From: Lama guanicoe
Lineage: Eukaryota
Reading direction: 5' to 3'
Assembly: GCA_013239625.1 (NCBI GenBank)
Contig: MU053216.1
Span: 1,056,001 to 1,120,000, forward strand
DNA: 64,000 nt
In this document: in pieces, positions 24,193 through 35,800 of the stretch
How positions within the stretch are numbered: position 1 is the first letter of the stretch
Layout of the letters: every line of letters starts with the position of its first letter
The notes under the pieces: generated by a model
Database searches by the model: none
What the model saw: the letters and a program-made list of their open reading frames with translations, nothing else
What the model was told of the DNA's origin: nothing
Position numbers and translations under genes: made by a program

Positions 24193-24887
24193 CTGCGGAT
24201 GAGAGGCAGGTCGATAGGGGCTGAACCCACGCATCCGCTCCCCAACCTCAGGGCCGTGGTTCCGGACCAGGGAGCACCCGCCGCCCCTCCTGTGTGCACT
24301 GCAGCTGGGGCGTGGGCATGGGCATGGGGCATGGGGCAGAGGGCATCCTCCGCGCTCCAGGCCGACCTCCCAGCTGTGAGGCTGCTTCGGGTCTCACAAC
24401 AGGATGCCTCCTCCCCTCCCAGAGTCAGGCCCTGAACCTGACCCGCTCTGGGCCAACAGGGGCGGTCCAGGACCCAGCTTCCACAGCCTGCCCAGTGGAG
24501 GCAGGCGGCCCCTCCCTCCACAGCACCCCTCTGCTTCTGGGGTGACCTGGGGAACTCAGGAGGCAGTGGGAGGCAGGCTGGCCCGCAGCCCTCGGGGTGA
24601 GGGAGAAGAGGGGAGGTTTTCCTAATCACACAGTGAGAGACCAAGGCCTGCAGACATAGGGCTGGAGCTTTAGGCTCTAGGGGGTCTGCGCTCCGTGGTC
24701 GCAAGAACACAGCCCGCTCCGTGGCGTGCGGAAGGCGGAGGCCCCTCCCAGCTCCCAGGGCAGCGGTCCCCCGGCCAGGGTTTAAGCAAGGGCCTGACCC
24801 CTGGGGCTGGTCTCAGGCCCCGGGAGGGCAGAGAGGGGAGGGTGGGCAGGACAGGGGGCCCCCGGGGGGCCTGGCCGGCGGGCTCAC

Positions 24888-25043
24888 CATCATCCTGTCG
24901 CTCTTGTTGCTGAAGCAGCCGGTGGAGGACTTCTCCGTGTAGGCGTTGCGGGCATTGTACTCCAGCTGGCGGTAGCGGGTGGGCACCTCGGCGTCCAGGC
25001 GATAGGAGAGGTTGTGCAGGACGCACATGCAGTTCTCCACAGA
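24888..25043 (-). CDS. PKP1: PKP1 exon 9 (156 nt)
   Basis: ccccag|TCT; SVENCMCVLHNLSYRLDAEVPTRYRQLEYNARNAYTEKSSTGCFSNKSDRMM; donor ATG|GTGAGC. Confidence 0.97.
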
Positions 25044-26172
25044 CTGGGGGCCAAGCAGAGCTCGCACTGAGCCCCTGCCAGGCCCCTGCTGTCACCAACG
25101 AGAGGGCCGGGCCCCACGGCTGCTCTGGGATGGGTGGACAGCATGGGCCCTGCCCACCGCAGTCCGAGAAGGCCCTCAGGGACGCCTCCCGGGTCCTGGG
25201 TTTGAATCGGGTCCTGCCATCTCCAGCTGTGTGAGTGTGGGTGACCTGCTCTGCCTCTCTGGGCCTCAGCTTCCACCAGCTTCACTGGCTACTGGAGAGG
25301 CTACCCACGGAAAGGACCCACAGGAGGCCCAGCACATCGTAGGACACAGACAGTGGCTACCGTTTCTGCGGCTCCGGCCAACATGAAAGGCTCAGCCTGG
25401 GCTCTGGAGGACCCACCCCTTCAGAAGCAGCCCCGAGCAATTCAGGTTCAAAGCCGTCAGTCCCCAGGACTCCACCATCCCCTCTTTAATGGCAGGACCT
25501 CTGTCCTGCTGTGTGGGGGGGCCTTGGCCTCCAGTTTATCTCCTGCCATGGTTTCCCCTTTCTGTCTGTCTGTCTGTCTGTGCGGCTGTCCAGAGTCCCG
25601 AGGGGGAGGGAGGGTGGCTCTGCCAGGAGCCTTCTGGTGCGGCAGTGGGAAGACAGGAGTGGTGCTCAGGGAGGAGCGGAGACCCTGGGGCACCTGTGTA
25701 TACCCCCCGGGCTAGGGGCAGCAGATGCTCACGGAGAGCTCGCCCGGAGCCAGGTGCTCTCTTCCTGTTTTATCAACTAATTGAGTCCTTAAAACAAGCC
25801 TGAGGTGGGTACAACGGTGACCACCTTCATTTGAGCAAAGGGCAAACTGAGGAAAAGAGACCACAGAAGCCCCTGCCTTCACAAAGCCTCTAAGTCAGGG
25901 AAGATCTGCCCCTGTAGCCACCACCCCAGCGCCCGCCTGCCCACCCCCCCAGGGAGGGGTCAGGGCTCTCAGCATCCAGATGTCCCCTCCCCTCCGCTGG
26001 CCAGGGCTCTGGGCTCCTTCCCACCATCAGGTCATGCCTTAAGAGGCTCACAAGAGTGCAGACCTGCCCTTTGGAGTCCGGGAGAGAGAAATGCCAGGAC
26101 CTGGAGTCCCAGGCCACCCTCACTGGTCTGAGAGGAGTCTGGGGGCCGGGTGCCACCTGAGGGCTACCTCAC

Positions 26173-26287
26173 CTTGTCGTCACAGCGGCTGGCTGCCACG
26201 CAGTTCTGGACGTAGGCGAGGAGGGAGTCAATGAGCCCGGTGTAGTTTCGCATCGTCTGTCGGCCAGCGTCAGAGGAGCTCAGGTTC
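26173..26287 (-). CDS. PKP1: PKP1 exon 8 in human numbering (115 nt)
   Basis: cgtcag|G; NLSSSDAGRQTMRNYTGLIDSLLAYVQNCVAASRCDDK; donor AAG|GTGAGG. Confidence 0.97.
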
Positions 26288-26666
26288 CTGACGGAGGAAA
26301 TGGGGAGGGGGAAGCAGGGAGGAGAAAGACAGGGGTGGAGAGAGGGGGAGAGGGAGGGGGAGGGAGAGAGCGTGGTGAGGGCCATGGGAGTGGGGAGAGC
26401 AGGTTGTGGGGAGAAGGGGCGGAGGGGAGGGGGCGGAGGTTGGAGGAAGAACGGGCGGGAGAGGAAAGGAATGAGGAGGGCAGCAAATGAGGGCAGAGGA
26501 AGGAAGGAGACATCACTCAGCCAGTTCTGCTCAGGCCCGGCAGAGGCGAGGGCGGGGCCTCGTGGGAACTCGCTCTCCCCCCACTTCTCCCTGCCCACTG
26601 GGGTCCCAGGCCCGTAACTTTTGTGTGTCCACGGCTCCAGGGTAGCTGGCAGCCCGGGGCACACAC

Positions 26667-26723
26667 CTGCCCTCACGGGCACTTGCTGAATGGGGGCTGG
26701 AAGCTCCGCCTGCCCGTCTCTTC
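26667..26723 (-). other. PKP1: Candidate alternative cassette exon at the PKP1b-specific exon 7 position (57 nt, in-frame)
   Basis: ctcctgctgccccccag|GAAGAGACGG...GGCAG|GTGTGT; phase 2/2, no stop, would add KRRAGGASSPHSASAREGR; usage unproven. Confidence 0.4.
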
Positions 26724-27584
26724 CTGGGGGGCAGCAGGAGCTCTCTGGGCTGCCGGGCAGGGGACCAGAGCCAGGGGTCTGCCCGTCCCCGTGGAAGCTG
26801 CTCTGCGCCTGGTGGGCTCACTCCCCAGCAGAGTGGGCCCCCGCCGCTGGTGCAGGTGGGGTGCAGCGGCTGCCGCCCCACCAAGTGCTTGAGTACCTTT
26901 CCACCTCCCCAGCCTCTCGCTCCCTGGAGGGGCTCCCGGGGGCGGGCAGAGAGGAGCACGTGCCTGCTGTGCCCTGGTTCTGGGGCTCCCAAGAGTTGGG
27001 GAAGGCAAAGCCCTGCTAGCGAGAGGTGTGACCTTCAGGGGATTTGTTCCTGGGCTCCACCTCCAGGCCCGCCCACCCCCCCCCAGCCTGCAGACCTCCC
27101 TCCAGAAGGAAGCACACCCTGTCCCTCTGACCGCAGCCGCCAGGGCCTTTGCCACACCCCGGGGCAGAGCTCAGGAAACTCTGGGCAAAGCAGTAACGTC
27201 TCTATGCCAAGGAACGTGGCAGCTGGTGTCAGCGCCGCAGCTGCGAAGTGACTCACTGGGAGCCCGTGAGGAGACATTTATCTAAAAGAACGCTCCTCAA
27301 GTAGCACAAGAAATGCCTTCCTCGTGGGGCGGGGCAGGGGGTGGTTGGGTGGATGCACATGGATGGAGATGGGTGATGGGGGTTTGGATATTCAGATCCA
27401 AGCGTTTCCACTCTTGGGCTCCTCCTCAGAGGGGGCTGTGGGGTCCTGAGCCTTATCCAGTCCCAGGGAAGCTAGGAACGCTGGGCCATCTGGGAGTCGA
27501 CCGCGAGGCCAGGCGGGTGTGAGCCCCCTGCCTGGCTGAGCCTTGGCTGAGCCTTGGCTGAGAAGGGCCGCCCTCCGCCCCCAC

Positions 27585-27762
27585 CTCAAGCAGCCCGTGG
27601 CGTTGAAGAAGACCTCGGGGTCCACGGCCTCCCGGGCCAGGTTGCTGTTGCCGTCACACCAGCCAGAGAAGGGGATGATGACACGGTTGGCCAGGACCGG
27701 CAGGGCTTCGGCGACCAGCTCCTCCTTCAGCTCGTCCGCAGAGGACAGGTTCCAGAGCAGCC
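27585..27762 (-). CDS. PKP1: PKP1 exon 6 (178 nt)
   Basis: ccgcag|GG; LLWNLSSADELKEELVAEALPVLANRVIIPFSGWCDGNSNLAREAVDPEVFFNATGCL; donor AG|GTGGGG. Confidence 0.97.
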
Positions 27763-27943
27763 CTGCGGATGAGGGCCACCAGGCTCAGGAGACCGGACCA
27801 AGTACCCCCAGCTCGGGCCAAACACGCCTCGCGCCCTAGACTGCGGTCTGACCGGCCCCTCGTCTCAACTAGACTGCAGGCTGTTTGAGGGCGCAGCGTC
27901 TGGAGTTCTCTAGGCAGTCAAAACTGTGCAAAAAGCATTTGGG

Positions 27944-28073
27944 TTCTTTTTTGTTTTTTGGGTTTTTTGGAGGGGGTAATTAGGTTTATTTACCTGTTTA
28001 TTTTAGTGGAGGTACTGGGGATGGAACCCAGGACCTCGTGCGTGCTAAGCACAAGCTCTACCACTGAATGTAT
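27944..28073 (-). mobile_element. tRNA-derived SINE, same family
   Basis: Reverse complement reads tcagtggtagagcttgtgcttagcacgcacgaggtcctgggttccatccccagtacctcc...aaacctaattacccc plus an A tail. Confidence 0.85.
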
Positions 28074-28637
28074 GAATAACACTCAGCGTTGGTGGTGGGA
28101 CAAAAGGTGCTGACCTCCGTAAATCTGGAAATAAACAGCATCTGTAGACTAAACATGCATACACACCCTCTGCCTCTCAATCAACAACCATCCGATTGAT
28201 CAGGGTTTGAATATAAATTCCAGCACTCAGAATCTTCTGACGTCCTGCTTTCCACCTGAAAGTCATCCCTAAGGTACTGTTACTCTGTTCCTGGCCTCAG
28301 CCTCCCCGTCCAGTTCAAGGTCTTCCCAGTGACTTCTGTCTCCTGTGTCCCCATCCTGAGTGCTTGTCAGCATGTTTTTTGGACACAGGGTAGGTGCTTA
28401 AGACCTGTGAGCCCTGCCCACACCCACCGTACTCTCTCCTCTTCGCCTGCAAATCCCAGGGTCCGATGAGTTCGGGTCCACCCTTGCCCTCTAGCCTCAG
28501 AAAGACCTGGCACAACACCCAAGGTCACCAACTGGACACCGCTAACCTGGCCAGCCCCAGGCCCACGGGGCTCCCTCGGCCAGCGCTCTGGCTCCTGCCC
28601 CCCCAACCCCCGAATCCCCGTGGCTGGGGCTCCCCAC

Positions 28638-28845
28638 CTGTCAGCTGTTTCTGGATCTCGGTGCTCCCCGTCCTCCTCAGGAGGCTGACGGCCTCGCGGA
28701 TCCCGTTCTGCCTCCGGGTCTCCAGCTTGTTGGCCGGGCTCCGGAACACCAGGTTGCGCAGGGCGCCGGCTGCCGCCTGCTGCACGTTCTGGTTGGGGCT
28801 GCGGAGGAGGTCCACCAGCTTGCAGATGCCGCCCAGCTGATAGAC
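28638..28845 (-). CDS. PKP1: PKP1 exon 5 (208 nt)
   Basis: ccacag|GTC; VYQLGGICKLVDLLRSPNQNVQQAAAGALRNLVFRS...EIQKQLT; donor G|GTGGGG. Confidence 0.97.
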
Positions 28846-29105
28846 CTGTGGGGACAGGCGGTGAGGCCGGGCTGTGACGCTCTGCTCGGGGCACTGCTAC
28901 TCAGACCGGGAGGGCCACTTTCAGTTCCCAGACATCCAGACGACGGACGTAAATGAGCAGTGCGGAGTGATGGTAACCATCAGAGCAGGGGCCGAGGCGG
29001 GGATTCAGAGCCAGCTCCCCGACACCTGAGCCCTGCTCTCCTCTAGAGTGTGGGGTGAGGACCAGATGGGAACATGCGTACAAATGCTCTTCAGAATCCT
29101 TGGGC

Positions 29106-29242
29106 CGGGGGCAGGGTACCGCTCAGCAGTAGAGCTTGTGCTTAGCACGCACGAGGTCCTGGGTTCCATCCCCAGTACCTCCAATAAAATAAATAAACAA
29201 ATACCTAATTACCTCCCCAAGGAAGAAAATTTAAAAAAATTA
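29106..29242 (+). mobile_element. tRNA-derived SINE, same family, with TSD
   Basis: gggtaccgctcagcagtagagcttgtgcttagcacgcacgaggtcctgggttccatccccagtacctcc...cctaattacctcccc; TSD aatcct(t/a)gggc at 29095-29105 and 29243-29253. Confidence 0.88.
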
Positions 29243-29767
29243 AATCCTAGGGCAGGTCAGACGTCAGGGAGGCCCTCTCTGGGAGCACTTTTCCTCTGGT
29301 GGGGACTTGATGCAGAGGACCCTGCACACTCTGAGAATCGCATTTCTGGTTCCACACCCCTGCGCTGACCACAGAGTCCTCTGGTGTCCTCCCTGCCAGC
29401 CACGCTCGGGACACAGAGACAGAGAGAGACAGACAGAGTGACGGACACACACAGACAGAAAGGGGGTTTGGGGAGAAGTCAAAGGGTAGGAAGTAGTCCT
29501 GGTCACTAGTGGAATCTGAGAAGGGGCTTCTGCTGGACTCAGGGCTGTCACCAAAGAGCCTCTTCCACAACCAATGTAGGAAACACTACTGAGTGATGTC
29601 CCCTCGGCCAGGGAGCTCATGCCCGCGCTCATCTCTCCTGGCCCCAGGCAGCTGGGCAAGGGGGGAAGCAGCCAAAGGAGCCAACCGTCAGCGCCCCACC
29701 AGCTCTAACACAGGGCCAGGCTGCCCCGCCCAGGCCCCAGGGGCGCAGGCTGCGCACAGCCACCTAC

Positions 29768-29912
29768 CTGCTGCTTGGCAGACTCGTCCTGGAAGCAGGT
29801 GTGCTGGATGTAGTAGGCTCCGATGGCCTGGCACTTCTCCTCCTGGGAGCTCAGGTACTGCACGGCCTTGGGGATGGTCAGCCCACTGCACTCAATGTCC
29901 TCACTGCAGATC
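29768..29912 (-). CDS. PKP1: PKP1 exon 4 (145 nt), start of ARM repeats
   Basis: ccacag|[49 protein letters not shown]; donor CAG|GTAGGT. Confidence 0.97.
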
Positions 29913-30279
29913 CTGTGGGTCGGGCGGTGCGGGAGGGCTGCAGCGTGAGCTGGGAGCCCTGGTGCGGGGGTTCGGAATCCCCCTTTCATACCGAGGTGCC
30001 GCAGCCTAGCCTGCCCTCTGAGGGCCAGAAGGAGGCAGCCCCAGGCCCACCTGCGCACAGCTCCTCCAGAGAGCAGCAGGGGCTCGCCCCATGGCGAGCA
30101 CGGGCTGTGATGAGGCTTGGTCATGGGTTAAAGTGCAAGCAGGCAAGTTGCCTCTGCACTGAGAAAACCTGCCCTGTTCCTGAGGAGCGGCTCCCCACCT
30201 GCTCTACCACCTCTCTGTGCCTGGTCCTGGGAAAACGGAAGAGAATGGCTGCGGGCCTGTCCACCCCTTCATGTCCACC

Positions 30280-30482
30280 CATCGTCCACCACCACCATTA
30301 TCCATCTTCCCTCCCTCCCTCCCTCCAAGCATCTGTCTGTGCGTCCTTTCATCCACCCATCATCCATCCATCCATCCATCCGCCTTCTGTCCATTTTCAC
30401 CCCCTCCCTCCATCCATCTGTCCATCCCTCCCTCCACCCACCCATCCGTCCATCCATCCATCCATCCATCCATCCATCCATC
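30280..30482. repeat. Degenerate (CCAT)n/(CCCT)n simple repeat in intron 3
   Basis: catccatccatccatcc runs interspersed with ccctccct. Confidence 0.9.
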
Positions 30483-32452
30483 TCTCCCTCCTGCCTCCTT
30501 TTCCAAGAGTCTAGCTAATTCTTGTAACACAAAAATTACCGTGCTTGGTTCTTTTCCCATCCTCATGGCCACTGCCTTCCTTCTGACCGCGATCACTCTT
30601 ATCGGGACTACAGCAGGAGACTCCCACAACTGGCTGTCCTCTCCACGGGCTTTCGTCCAAAATGTTACGCCCTTTCCCCAGGCTAGCAGCCCTGCTTCCT
30701 GCATTGTCCCCATCAGCAGCTTCTCCACACGCAAGTTCAAGTTCAAACTGCTTAGACTGACATCCAGGTCGCGTGTTAAGTTGAACCATATGAAATGGCC
30801 GATCATCAACCTTTTCTGAGCCACAAAACCGGAACAACCCTGCTCTACCCCAAAAGTCTGGCTCTGCTGTGTCCTGCACGCTCCGCCCTAATGCAGCTGT
30901 GCTCCCGCAAGACAGCTGACATCACTGTATCCTGGCCAGTGCTGAGGGGGCCTGTGTCCCTTCTCCTCACTGAAGTCCCGCTGCTGCGAACCTTCCCAGG
31001 GAAAGGACACCTCTCTGCCAGGAGCCCCTCCGGCCCCGTGGTGCAGACTGCAGGCTGTTCCCCATCTAGTCTGTGTCCAGTTCCCGCAGAGACCGGGGTG
31101 GGGGGCAGGGTGGTGGCAGGGGCTGGAAAGGACAGCCCCTTCCTGGCACCCAGCCCCACCCCCTTAGGAATCTTCCCAGCCTTTCCAGAGGGAGCCCATT
31201 CCTCGTTCGTACCAGCCTCCTGCCCTGCCGTTGCAGGCGCCCGACTCCATTTCTGGAGAAGTCACCCCTGGGGCAGAGCTCTCCAATCTTTCATGTAGTC
31301 CCCCCGCCTGCACTGAGAGAATGTCACCCAGCCATCTGCCAGTCAAACATCACCTCCGGATGGCCTGTCATGCATTCCCTTCCGCGGCTCACCCAGCCCT
31401 GTCCTCTTGGGTCCCCAGTCTGGGGCAATGAGCCAGGGCCAGGTGCTGCCTTGGTCAGTCTCCAAGGCACAGAGCTTCTCAGTCCTTCTCCAGATCACCC
31501 TAAATGCACTTTATGGCCTTGGAACAGCTAGGAGAGGTCCGGCTTTGCAATGGTTCTGCTCATCAAGACAGTGTGGTGAGCAGGGGAGAGCATGGGGTGT
31601 AATGCCAGCTGTGGCCTCAGGCAAGGTACCTAACATCTGCGCCTGTGTCTCCTCCGGGCCCAGCCTGGAGGGACGGTGAGGGTTGGAGGTAAAGACCGCA
31701 GCGCGTCCGGGCCCCGCAGGTGGGTAATCCCGCAGCTTCAGGGCGGCCCCGGGCCGTTCTGCGCATGGCTGCCTCCCTGCACTGACCACAGACCCTGGAG
31801 CACAGTACATGCCCAACAAGTGTCAAACAGACGAATAACAGAACACTTGGTGGTGACAGAGGACAGTTCCGAGGGTCATGGGGCTCTGAGCCCTGGAGGG
31901 CAGGCCCTGCAACCCTTGAGACCTCGTGGCTGTCCCTGAGGCACCCTGTGCCCGCAGCTGTCTGCAGGACCCCCACTTCGTCTCCTGCGGTCCCATTCCC
32001 GGCACTGGGTCCTTTGTCCTGTGAGATGGGACAGGGTCCCTTTCTCACTGTCGACCCCAGGGCACACTCCTTTGCTTTTTTAGATGTGGGGAGAGGCTCA
32101 CATGCCCAAGCTCGGGATCCTCACACTCGGGCCCAAGTTACCACACACACACCGCCGGCCCATCCAGGGGTCTCTGAGCCGAAGGTCTGGGCGGGGCCGA
32201 CAGTGGGCATCTCTCACAAGTTCCCCGTGGACGCTGGTGCTGCTGGTCAGAGGAACACACTTTGGGAACCACCAGCCTAGCCAGCCTCTAACTCCCCTCC
32301 CCGTGTCCACACCGTGTGACCCTGTGACGCCCACACCCTCGGCGCGTCTGTTTCAGCCTCTGGGCTCTGCCTCCCGTCCACGCCGAGAACTCCCCAGGCG
32401 GACGGCCTGCCCCCCGCGGCCCGGCCCGGGGCCCCGGCCCAGTGGCACTCAC

Positions 32453-32847
32453 TTGGAGCTGGCCCGCGAGTGGCTGAAGGACAGGTCCTTGTGGCAGGAG
32501 ACGGGCGGGATGCTCCCCGGGTCCTGCCTGGAGGTGCAGGAGGGTGGGTGTGCCGGGAACTTCTTGGCTACCTTCTGGCCGCTGCAGCTGCTGTAGAAGC
32601 TGTAGCGGTTCTGGGTGGCCTTGTGGCCCTTGCTGCCCAGAGTGCCCATGCGCAGGGTGCCCCGGGGGTCGCAGTAGAGGTCGGGCTCGCTGCGGCTGGC
32701 TTTGATCTTCTCCATGAAGCAGATGTCGCTGCCCGCGCCAGGGGCTGGCCAGCCGCCCCGGGGGTGGTGCCGGCCCCAGCTCTCCATCTGGCTGTAGGAG
32801 CTGAACCGCCTGCTGTCAGCCTCCCGCTTGAGAGCCCCATTGTAGAT
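32453..32847 (-). CDS. PKP1: PKP1 exon 3 (395 nt), head domain
   Basis: caccag|ATC; IYNGALKREADSRRFSSYSQ...KASRSEPDLYCDPRGTL...SHSRASS; donor AA|GTGAGT. Confidence 0.97.
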
Positions 32848-35800
32848 CTGGTGGGGGAAGGAGAGAGGCTCAGTGGGGGTCCAACCTGGGATCCAGGTCC
32901 AGCCGGCCTGCCCCATGCCCCTGATAATGGTCCTAGAATCCCAGAATGTTTGGGGGGGAGCCTTAGCCAGCATCCCATCTAGCACTGTTCAAGCTGCAGG
33001 TGTGACCGTTACAGATTAGGAAAGCAACCTAGCAGGCCTGACCATCACTTCTAAAAAATGGGATCAAGTAATGTATATGTACTGCAGTGAAAACCCCTCA
33101 GAGTGCAGTGCAGGTGGGCAGGACTGAGCTGTCAGGTGGAAGGGACGTCATCAAAGAAGCTGGACAGCCACCGAGGAGGCCCCACCTGGGCCCAGGCCGG
33201 GAGGGCATCAGGCCCAGGGAGGAGACGGGCCCTCAGCCCGAGTCCCCAGGCCCCAGCCCGGCCACCCTGTGCCCTTCCCAGACCTCAGCAGCTCCCGACA
33301 CCTTGGCCGCCTGTGCTCGGCACGGGGAACCTTCTCCTCTGGCCAGGACCCTCTTCCACTGTTATTTTTCTGCCAAACCCCTCATCTTGCCTCCCCTCGG
33401 TCAGGGCAGGAAATAAAGGACAACAGGCACTCCCTGGGGACCCCTGGAGGCCGAAGGGGGAACATACCCGTCTCCCTAGGCCTTCTGCGCAGGCAGAGGC
33501 GGCCCAGGGCTGCGGCGGGCTGCAGGGTGGCCTCCCGGGCTGTGTTGTCAGGCCGGCAGTGGGGAGAAGCTGGGCAGGGGCCCCATCCAACAGGAGAAGG
33601 TGTAACAGTGAGGGCCCCTAGGGCCCTGCATGGGAGAGTCAACCGCCCTGGGAGGGGCCCACAAAGCCAGAGACCTGGGGGGGGTGGTCCTAACAGAGCT
33701 GGGCAAGGGGCTGCCCCAGGAGCTCCCGGGCGCTGGGCCTGCCTGCTCTGACTTGTCCTGACACCAGAGGATCAACATGCAGCCTGAGGAAGCCTCCACA
33801 CAGGCGCCGACTTGGGGCTCGGCTCTGCCAGGACGAGATGGCGCCAAGTCCAGCAGCCCAGAGCCCGCCGGCCCCGTGCACACCGACGCACGGGGAAGGT
33901 CCCTGGGCAGCTGGGTGATTCCCCTCCACACCAGATCTGGCCACCAAGGCTGGGGAGGGGCCTGCCCTTGGCAGGACCGCCTTCCCTCTCCGCAGGGAGA
34001 GCCTTCAGAGCAGGAAACCACCTTGGGGTCTGGCTTCCGTCAGTAACGACCTCCAAAACTCAGAAGCCACCGTTAGCCTTGGCCATGGTGCTCTGGTCAA
34101 CTCCACCCTCACACACAGCTGTGCACTCAGGCAGGCACGGTTTTCTTCCGCAAACTGGGTCAAACCAACCAACCCCGAAGGGAACTGGTGTGTGGGGTCA
34201 GGGCAGAGGCTGGAGGAGAAGGGCTGCTCCCTGAGCACCAGTCTGCAGCAGGCACCATGCGGGCTTCTGGCAATCGGCCCCAAGGCCCCCTCCCCTGCGT
34301 CTGTGGGAGGAGGGGGAGGCAGCACCTTGGAGGGAAGGCTGAGCCCTCCCAGCAGCGGGCTTCCAGGAGCCTTAAATGGAAATGCAACAGGAACTCTCAG
34401 TGACACTCCTGGTCCTCATCTCAGGCGCCCGATGGAGAATCCAGACATTCCCCCAGCCCAGACCCAGTGCAGACGCACTCCCATGGGAGGGGCCAGCGGG
34501 CGGCCGTGCTGCATCTCAGAGCGGGGGCTGCCCACAGGGGACAGGACGTGGGCTGCGCCGCGGCGCTGTCATGGGGGAGAAGCCAGCGCCCCGGCGGGCT
34601 GCATGTCTCAGCCCTTCATCTGCTACACCCGTGTCATCACCCCACCCAGCTCTGGTGACATTGCTGCTGCCGGTGGCTGAGGACTGCTGTGGATGATGCT
34701 CCCACCTTCATGACACTTTTCTGTCACTTTGACAAGCTGGAGCAAAGCTCCCTCTCAGCCAGGATGCCTCTCCTAGTGCCAAGGGGGCCTGGGCTCCCCT
34801 CCAAGGCTTGGGCCAGCACTCCCGGTGCAGGTGGCCGGGGAACTCTGCCCCTTTCCTTCCACCTGCCTGAAAAGGCGGGGACATCGCGGGCCCACTGGGC
34901 TGAGACTTGACCAGCAGAGGGAGACTTGGGGGCATGAACACAGACGCTGGAGCCAGACGGCCTGAGTTGAGCTCTGGCCACATCATCTGCCCGATGGCCA
35001 CCTTGGCCACCTGTGTCTCAGTCTCTTCATCTGCAAAGCAGCATCACTGAGCCTAGGGCACAGGGCTGCTGGGAGAATTGAGTGCGTGGATGTTTGGCAC
35101 TCAGCACAGCTGTGATGAAATGCTTGTCCAGGAGGAACCTCTGTGTCCCTCTGACGCTCAGAGGGGGACAGGCTGGCTGTCCCTGGAACTTCCCAAAGGG
35201 CCCGCCAGGTTGGCACATGAGGCGGATGAACCCAGGCAGCTGGGGAGAGGGGTGCACGCCGGCGTCTGGAGCCCAGGCTGCTGTGGCCCTGCGGCCGCAG
35301 GACAGCCTCCACAGGTGTCAGAAAAACAGAGGAGCCTGGACGCCCGGACGGCTGTGTGATGAAACGGCGCGGTGCTTTCTCGCGCGGGCGCTGTCGGCAT
35401 TTGGGGCAGGACAATCCTTTATTGTTCTGGATGCCCCAAGCACTGCGGGATGTTGGGTGCCCCAGTCACAGCAGTCACACCTCATAGTCATTGTGGCCTG
35501 TGAGAAAGCCCCACAGACTGGACGGAGAGGGGGCTGGCACGCGGCTCACAGGGCAGCCTGGCCAGGTCCCCCAGGCCCAGCCCCGCACTCAGACAGTGTT
35601 CTGTTGGCAGCGCCCTCTGCTTTGGATACAAAGGACAGTGAGCCACTCACACTCGCCCCGTTGCCTGGTTCCCGAGAGCTTCCCTGGGAAACTCCAGCCT
35701 CAGAACATTCTGGAGGCTAGACACTTGATCTCCTGGGAGCAGAGCTGACCCCCCGGCCAGACGGCAGCCTGGACGGCTCTGGGGAAGCCTGGGCGGTGTG

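Noticed and set aside
27532..27562. (GGCTGAGCCTT) x ~3 micro-duplication just downstream of the exon 6 donor
   Set aside because: Short slippage repeat that creates no splice site or evident motif.
29106..29185. tRNA gene (A and B boxes), also at 1056 and 28000
   Set aside because: AT-rich tails, TSD and multiple diverged copies identify them as tRNA-derived SINEs.
35605..35625. CTCF-like motif (GCAGAGGGCGCTG on the minus strand) and scattered AP-1 and p63 half-sites
   Set aside because: Single short matches are expected by chance in GC-rich sequence and cannot be supported without ChIP data.
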